The translations under genes were made by a program, and so were the position numbers. The notes under the pieces were generated by a model. That model searched no databases. It was not told the DNA's origin and saw only the letters and a program-made list of their open reading frames with translations. Positions 58,678 through 64,000 of a stretch of DNA of 64,000 nucleotides are shown piece after piece (within the stretch, counting starts at the first letter, position 1; the number at the start of each line of letters is the position of its first letter). The stretch is from positions 307,740 to 371,739 of IMG/VR virus record IMGVR_UViG_3300027985_000843. One strand, given 5' to 3'.

Positions 58678-59640
58678 GCCCCCGAACATACACCGGGCCG
58701 AACGCCGAAGGCCGGCGTCTTTTCACCGGCCTTCGGACTCGCTCAAACCGAACTGGGCTCTTCGGCCCATGGGGTGAGCGTACCTACAAGAACCCGCTCG
58801 TGTAGCCGTAGGGTGGACTGCTCACAAGGTCTGCTGTTGAGCGATTGAGCCCATTGGCGGGCTCCGTTACCGGCCGGAGGGACGTCACCTCCGGTTGAGC
58901 CAGGGCAACGAACCACTCCCAGGCAATGAGAACGGGCAAGTAGTTCGTTGCAACCCAGAACACGGTACTAGGATACACCAACCAGACTCAGATGGGGGCG
59001 AAAACTCAGATCTTCCCCTCGTCGACGAGTGTCAAGAGGGTCTCAGCTACCCGCCACATGGGCAGCGTGGTCGTACCCGTCGGGGCCAGCTGGTCTCCCT
59101 CCCCCTCCTCCCGGAGATAGTTGTTGTACTTGCCCAAGAACTCGGCCACCTCTTCGTCCGTGAGGTCGTCGATGAACCCTAGGTCTGTTGCTCCCTCGCT
59201 CGACAAGTCCTTTTCCTTGGGCGCCGCGTGCTTCAAGAGCATGTTGCAGCCCTCCGCGTTCAACATGTCGCAAGCCACGACCAACACACGGCACAGCAGC
59301 TTCCTCTCAGCGCTCGTCATGGGAACTTCTCCCTCTTGGTCACCACGAAGCCGTGACCGGCGTCATAGTGGGCCTTCACCCGCTTGACCGGCTTGTGAAG
59401 GATGTGCCTCTCCGACCGAATGATGTCGGTCAGCTCCCTCTCCAGGCCGGCGTCTACGGGCCGCACAAGCTCCCGGAGGGACTGAATCGACAGGGTGTAG
59501 GTATCGAGCACCGGCCAGCCCAGGGCGGCGGCCACCCGCTCTCGTAGCTCCTCAGGCACGATTCCTCCAATCCAGCCACACGCGAACGGCGACGGCCGCA
59601 AAGAACCCTACGGTGAAGCTGATGACGATGCCGGGGTACA

Positions 59641-59799
59641 TGTCAGCCCTCCTCGAACATTTCGAACTGCTCGTCCCAGTCGCTATACCCCATCTCCATG
59701 GGAAACTCTTCCGGGTTGATGGGGTGGCTCTCTCGCCACCACTTCTCAAATCGTGCCAGATCCTCACGCTTCTTGTTGAGGAATTCATCCAAAGGCATG
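59641..59799 (-). CDS. Small acidic hypothetical protein (52 aa)
   Basis: AAGGAGG SD; MPLDEFLNKKREDLARFEKWW... Confidence 0.65.
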
Positions 59800-60079
59800 T
59801 TCCAGCCCTCCTTTAACGGCCTAAGGCGGGCACCCCCCAGGGTCCCGCCTCCCGTCCCCAGTTCCCTTGCCGTACCAACCTACCGGGGCGAGGTTGGGGT
59901 CACCGGCTGACACTATCTCAAGGCTGAAATCCTCCTTCCGTGTCGGTTGGCCGTCCTGTGACGGGTTCCTGTCAGCCCCCTGTCCCTTGTCTTACTTCGG
60001 CCGTGCGGGGGTCACGGCCAGGGTTTTACGCTCTCAAGGGCAGCCTCCTCTCAGGTTTGGTTCCTATGCCAAGCCCCCT

Positions 60080-60334
60080 TCACTTGCAGGGGTCGGGGTT
60101 GCCGTACTCCGCCGCGACGGTGCGGGGACTGTCGAGCCCCGCAGCTTCCAGGACGTCACACGCTGCCGACAGCGTCTCTTTGCAGCCCGAAAGCTGCGCC
60201 TTCAAGAAGGCAACCTGGGTCTCCAGGTCTTGGATGCGAAGAGCCTGGTCCAGCTCCTTGCGGGTCGGGCGGTCGACCGAGGGGCTTCGAAGCTGCGGCA
60301 TGGCGGGGTCTCTGTCTGCGGTGTTGGTGTTCAT
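60080..60334 (-). CDS. Hypothetical protein
   Basis: Class I promoter. Confidence 0.75.
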   Translation of the reverse strand: MNTNTADRDPAMPQLRSPSVDRPTRKELDQALRIQDLETQVAFLKAQLSGCKETLSAACDVLEAAGLDSPRTVAAEYGNPDPCK

Positions 60335-60378
60335 GTCTCTACTACGCTCCCCGAAGGCCAAGGTTCGGAAAAATCGTC

Positions 60379-60618
60379 TCACTCGTCTTCGCACTCAGCT
60401 CGTTCCGTGAGGATGTCGTCCACCAGGGACTCGAAGGCTTCCTTGCTGTCGACGTCTTCGACGTACTCATCGTTGTCGTCCCAGCATTCCAGCCGGGTGC
60501 CACCTTCGTAGTCCTCGTGCTCTTCCGAGTAGGTGACCTTCAGAAGGGCGAAGCCTTCGTAGCGGGCGACGGTCACGTGGGCGATGTAGGCGGGGTGCTC
60601 GGTGATGTTGGTGTTCAT
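60379..60618 (-). CDS. Acidic hypothetical protein
   Basis: Class I promoter. Confidence 0.75.
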   Translation of the reverse strand: MNTNITEHPAYIAHVTVARYEGFALLKVTYSEEHEDYEGGTRLECWDDNDEYVEDVDSKEAFESLVDDILTERAECEDE

Positions 60619-60940
60619 GTCTCTATTACGCTCCCCGAAGGCCAAGGTTCGGTGAAAAGTTCACTTCTCGCAGCGGTGTCGGTCGAACCGCTTGCTGTCG
60701 ACGCTGACTTCGCATCCACAGCCGGGGCAAACCAAGAAGAGGCTGCCCTCTCGCACCACCGCAGTGGTCCCCAGCTGCTCACTGCCCACCTTCATGTTGC
60801 GAGCCGTCTTCGAGCCCGGGACCATACTGTAGACGTCAGCAGCTCGAATGCTCTCGCGGGAGCGAATCTGCATTGCCCACCCCCGGATTCTCGCCACGAC
60901 CTCTTTCCAGGTCTTGGCTGACATGTCTTGGGCACCCATG

Positions 60941-61129
60941 TCAGTTGACATCCCCAGCACCAACGCGGTTGGCGGCCCACTCGAAGTTGCCGCAGCGGAC
61001 CGCACGGTTGTTGGCGTGACGCTCGCGGCGGCGAGCAGTGACCTTGATGCCCCGGAGGGTGGCCTCACCGTCAACGGTGCGGCGGGTGGCCTTACGAGCT
61101 GCGCGGGTGGTGGTCATCTTGGCGTTCAT
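60941..61129 (-). CDS. Basic hypothetical protein
   Basis: Class I promoter. Confidence 0.7.
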   Translation of the reverse strand: MNAKMTTTRAARKATRRTVDGEATLRGIKVTARRRERHANNRAVRCGNFEWAANRVGAGDVN

Positions 61130-61171
61130 GGTCTTACTACGCTCCCCGGAGGTGATGGTTCGGAAGAAAGA

Positions 61172-61450
61172 TCAGACCGTGAGGACTTGCTTCGCGTAGC
61201 TCTTCGCGGCCTTGAGGGTCGCCCTCGCGTCCCCACCCTTGGGCACGCTGAACTCTCGGTCCTTGTCATCGATGCCGAAGAAGCGAACCTCGTAGCTGCC
61301 TGCGCGGTACTCGTGAATCGAGCCACCAACGTCGACCACGTGCTTGATCAGCTCCCCAACCGACTCCCCATCGACCAGGACTTCGCACGACTGGTCGTCA
61401 TGCCAGAGACCCGAGATCGATTCCATCTTGCTGAAGGTGACCTTGCTCAT
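61172..61450 (-). CDS. Hypothetical protein
   Basis: Class I promoter. Confidence 0.75.
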   Translation of the reverse strand: MSKVTFSKMESISGLWHDDQSCEVLVDGESVGELIKHVVDVGGSIHEYRAGSYEVRFFGIDDKDREFSVPKGGDARATLKAAKSYAKQVLTV

Positions 61451-61495
61451 GCCCGTACTACGATCAGGGCGAGGGAAGGTTCGGAAGAAAATGGT

Positions 61496-61804
61496 TCACC
61501 AAACTCGGTCGGGCTCGTAGTCGTACCCACGAGGGGCCGGCTCGGCCTCAGGCTCCTCTTCCGGCCCTCGGTCACACAGGATGATGGCTTCCGCCATCTC
61601 ATAGCCGACGTCATCGGCCAGCTCGTCCAGGGCCTCGTCACGGTCCTCGATCTTCTGGACGGCCTGGGCCGCCGCGTGGACCCGGCGAGCCTCTCTGAGG
61701 GCCCTCTGCGCCCCGCGAACGGCCTCTTCGGCCATCTCCAGGGCGATCTCCGCGTCTTCGATTGCGGTGTAGGTGTCGTAGGTCCAGGGTTTTGAAGTTG
61801 CCAT
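61496..61804 (-). CDS. Acidic coiled-coil hypothetical protein
   Basis: Class I promoter. Confidence 0.75.
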   Translation of the reverse strand: MATSKPWTYDTYTAIEDAEIALEMAEEAVRGAQRALREARRVHAAAQAVQKIEDRDEALDELADDVGYEMAEAIILCDRGPEEEPEAEPAPRGYDYEPDRVW

Positions 61805-61844
61805 GTCCCTACTACGCTCCCCAGCCTCAAAGGTTCGGAACAAA

Positions 61845-62018
61845 TCAGCCCTCGACCTCAAGACGGTCAAGGATCGCAAGCATGGCCTTCAGATTCGTCC
61901 GCATGGTCCCGTGAACATCCCGGGAAGGTGGCTCCCCGATCACGGCCTGCACATCCGCTTGCAGCCCCTCAAGGCACCGCACGAGGATGGCCTCTTCCTT
62001 CGCTGTTGGTTCTCGCAT
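61845..62018 (-). CDS. Hypothetical protein (57 aa)
   Basis: AGGAGG SD immediately after the CCA of the tRNA-like RNA; MREPTAKEEAILVRCLEGL... Confidence 0.7.
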   Translation of the reverse strand: MREPTAKEEAILVRCLEGLQADVQAVIGEPPSRDVHGTMRTNLKAMLAILDRLEVEG

Positions 62019-62028
62019 CTCGCCTCCT

Positions 62029-62159
62029 TGGTGGAGCTGACCGGAATCGAACCGGCTTCCCCGTTCACGGTCTGCCTAAAGGCCCTTCTCGGGCCATCCA
62101 GGTCCCCCCGGCCCTGGCCTAGCTTTCGCTCGAACGGGAGGTGCCATACCTCCAGCCCC
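62029..62159 (-). ncRNA. 131-nt tmRNA-like/tRNA-Ala-like RNA
   Basis: 5' GGGGCUG pairs with CAGCUCC-A-CCA 3' (G3.U70, A73); T arm GCCGG-UUCGAUU-CCGGU; helix CCCGUUC/GAACGGG; 3-nt linker GAA. Confidence 0.8.
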
Positions 62160-62162
62160 GAA

Positions 62163-62429
62163 TCACACCCTGCTGAAGTCCACCACCTGGGTCATGGCCT
62201 TGATCGTCTGCGCATAGGTCGTCGAAGCAATCCAGATGGCAAGGTCGTAGCTCCCAGGGGTTCTGTCCTTCGGAAACGTCTCCTGGAAGCACTGCCACAG
62301 GCCCATCCCCCACTCGGGGTCAGGATCCTCACCCCGATGCACGGCAAGCTGAACCTGCTCGCGGGCCGCGTCGATAGCCCAGGTGATGATTGCTTCGTTG
62401 CTCTTGCCGATTTCGTTCAAGGTTGCCAT
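62163..62429 (-). CDS. Hypothetical protein
   Basis: Class I promoter; stop 3 nt before the tRNA-like RNA. Confidence 0.75.
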   Translation of the reverse strand: MATLNEIGKSNEAIITWAIDAAREQVQLAVHRGEDPDPEWGMGLWQCFQETFPKDRTPGSYDLAIWIASTTYAQTIKAMTQVVDFSRV

Positions 62430-62451
62430 GCCCGTACTACGATCCCCGGCC

Positions 62452-62829
62452 TCAAGAGTTCGGAGAATTCTTTCCCCTGGCCTTCCGCTGCCGCTCCGCC
62501 TCCCGCTCCAGGGCGGGGTACTTCCCTGGAGGAAGCCCGCACAGGCCGGCAAGCTCCGGCCCCATGTCCCGAGCCAGTTGCCGCCGCTCCCGCCTCACGG
62601 CCTCTTGCTCCCGCCGCTCTGCCTCCTCCCTACGGGCCCTCAAGATGTCCCGTAGCCTCCCTATGTCTGTCCTCACCTTGAACAGGATGAGACCCTCACC
62701 ACGGCCCTCCAGGAAGGCTTCCCCGGCCAGGGACTCAGCCACCATCGCTTCCAAGGTCGCGTCGTCGATGAGCCTCACGTCCCCTCGATCAAACGCATCC
62801 CATGCTGCTCGCATTGTCGAACGTTCCAT
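62452..62829 (-). CDS. Hypothetical protein
   Basis: GGAGG SD; track ORF. Confidence 0.65.
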   Translation of the reverse strand: MERSTMRAAWDAFDRGDVRLIDDATLEAMVAESLAGEAFLEGRGEGLILFKVRTDIGRLRDILRARREEAERREQEAVRRERRQLARDMGPELAGLCGLPPGKYPALEREAERQRKARGKNSPNS

Positions 62830-62996
62830 GTCACGCCTCCTCCCGAAGCATCTCCTCCAGGATCGAATCCGCCAGCTCTATCTGAGCCTTGTAATCCTCG
62901 ACAGTCAGCCCAAGGCGGTCTGCCTCCTCCTGCCACCACTCCTCAGGCGAGGACGAGGACAGGGGAACCAACGTCCGCGAACGGCCAATGTACGGC

Positions 62997-63209
62997 CTAC
63001 CAGCCGGTGTCGTTCTCACAGCTCCGCCTCCTATTGTCCGGGCCCTTCTCGGCCAGCGTGGTGCCATCCTCGCCTCTCCAGATGACTCTGCCAACGGTCA
63101 GCGTCAATCGCTGCCCACTCGCCTTGGTCACCGTGACTGTCTGGCCCTCGACCAGGTCCGTTCCACGAAGGCCCCAGTTCCCGTTCTTCAACTTGGCGAA
63201 GGTTGTCAT
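62997..63209 (-). CDS. Hypothetical protein
   Basis: Class I promoter. Confidence 0.7.
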   Translation of the reverse strand: MTTFAKLKNGNWGLRGTDLVEGQTVTVTKASGQRLTLTVGRVIWRGEDGTTLAEKGPDNRRRSCENDTGW

Positions 63210-63883
63210 GCTCGTACTACGACCCCCGCCCCCCAAGGTTCGGAACAAAAGCGAAACGGCCCGAGGGCTGGTCCTCCCTCAGGCCGTCTCAGAACAGAGC
63301 CACGCAGGGACCAGCTGCGCGGTATCCAGACGGCTACCTCGGCCAGTCTATCGGCCCGGGACTCTAACCCAAGAGGCTAGCTCGTCAGCGTCAGACCTAC
63401 GTCAGGTCTGGGAGGGCTCGCACCTCCCCGGCCACCATTGGCCGTCTCTGCTCTCCCCCCTACTACGTCCGCCAAGCCCAGATGTTCGGATCAAAGATCC
63501 CAGGCCAGGCCCCGGGCCGAAGAGCCCCTGGCCCCGCCGGGGACTCCCACCCGCCACACCCGTACTACGACCCCGCCTCACCAGAAGTTCGGAAAAATCT
63601 CACGCACCCCACCACAAAAATTCCACGGGGCTCGCACACCCACCCACGCCCCCGTACATGGCCCGGGCCGGTGGATTCCAGTGAGGGCGGAGCGAGGGGG
63701 CCCGATTTGGCAATCGTGCTGCGCCTTTGAGCGTAAGTGTACGGAAATATTGAGGAATTCCCGGGCAATGGCTGGGGGGCGTGAAAACGTTTGCAATCCG
63801 GCCCCCCTTCCCGGCCCTTGCCCTTGAATTTGCCTGGCCTTGAACACGGCCTGTCGGCCACGTTCGAGGCCGAGCAGCCATCA

Positions 63884-63907
63884 AACTACTCAATTAATTG
63901 AGTAGTT
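63884..63907. repeat. Perfect 24-bp AT-rich palindrome AACTACTCAATTAATTGAGTAGTT
   Basis: Equals its reverse complement; lies in a non-coding region. Confidence 0.9.
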
Positions 63908-64000
63908 CTGGCCGTTTTTACCTACATTCCCCCACCTTTGATTCCGATAAGTGGGAGGGGTGTGTGTGGTGTATGGTTGGGGGTATGTCGACGGTGAGGG

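Noticed and set aside
62029-62159. Canonical tRNA-Ala or full-length tmRNA
   Set aside because: There is no 7-nt anticodon loop with U33, the D arm is minimal, and it is far too short for the pseudoknots and tag region. Reported as an atypical RNA instead.
149-63893. Most overlapping and antisense ORFs in the six-frame track
   Set aside because: They are shadow ORFs expected at high GC: Arg/Pro/Ser-rich, lacking promoter or SD support, and overlapping better-supported genes. Upstream starts such as MVQA or MYG come from the TATGGT promoter box itself.

Overview
This 64 kb window is GC-rich and packed with short genes. It has no rRNA, no core housekeeping genes and no recognisable capsid or tail genes. 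It reads as the accessory/early region of a large (jumbo-like) bacteriophage or a similar element; this is an inference, and the host is not identifiable from the window. Main contents: (1) A compact type V CRISPR locus with a Cas12m-like (V-U1/V-M) effector whose RuvC-I Asp is replaced by Asn, a 19-repeat array and no cas1/cas2. A repeat copy with a compensatory stem change sits at the 5' end of the cas gene, directly behind an abutting T5orf172/GIY-YIG gene. (2) A 131-nt RNA with a perfect alanyl-tRNA/tmRNA-like acceptor and T arm, but only about 65 nt of hairpins where a tmRNA has its mRNA-like domain; a 49-aa ArfA-like ORF also occurs in the window. (3) Two rigid promoter-like motifs repeated about 32 and about 35 times, mostly 5-9 nt before start codons, implying leaderless transcripts; some form perfect bidirectional palindromes. 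(4) A catalytically degenerate tyrosine-recombinase fold fused to a possible RelE-like domain. (5) An SphI-like HNH restriction nuclease without a methylase, an RNA ligase, a J-domain protein, an AAA ATPase and C1, C39 and CPBP proteases. (6) A largely non-coding zone at 54.6-57.2 kb with 26-bp tandem repeats, and a 24-bp AT-rich palindrome at the right end. All family assignments come from motifs recognised by eye and from memory; no database searches were run.
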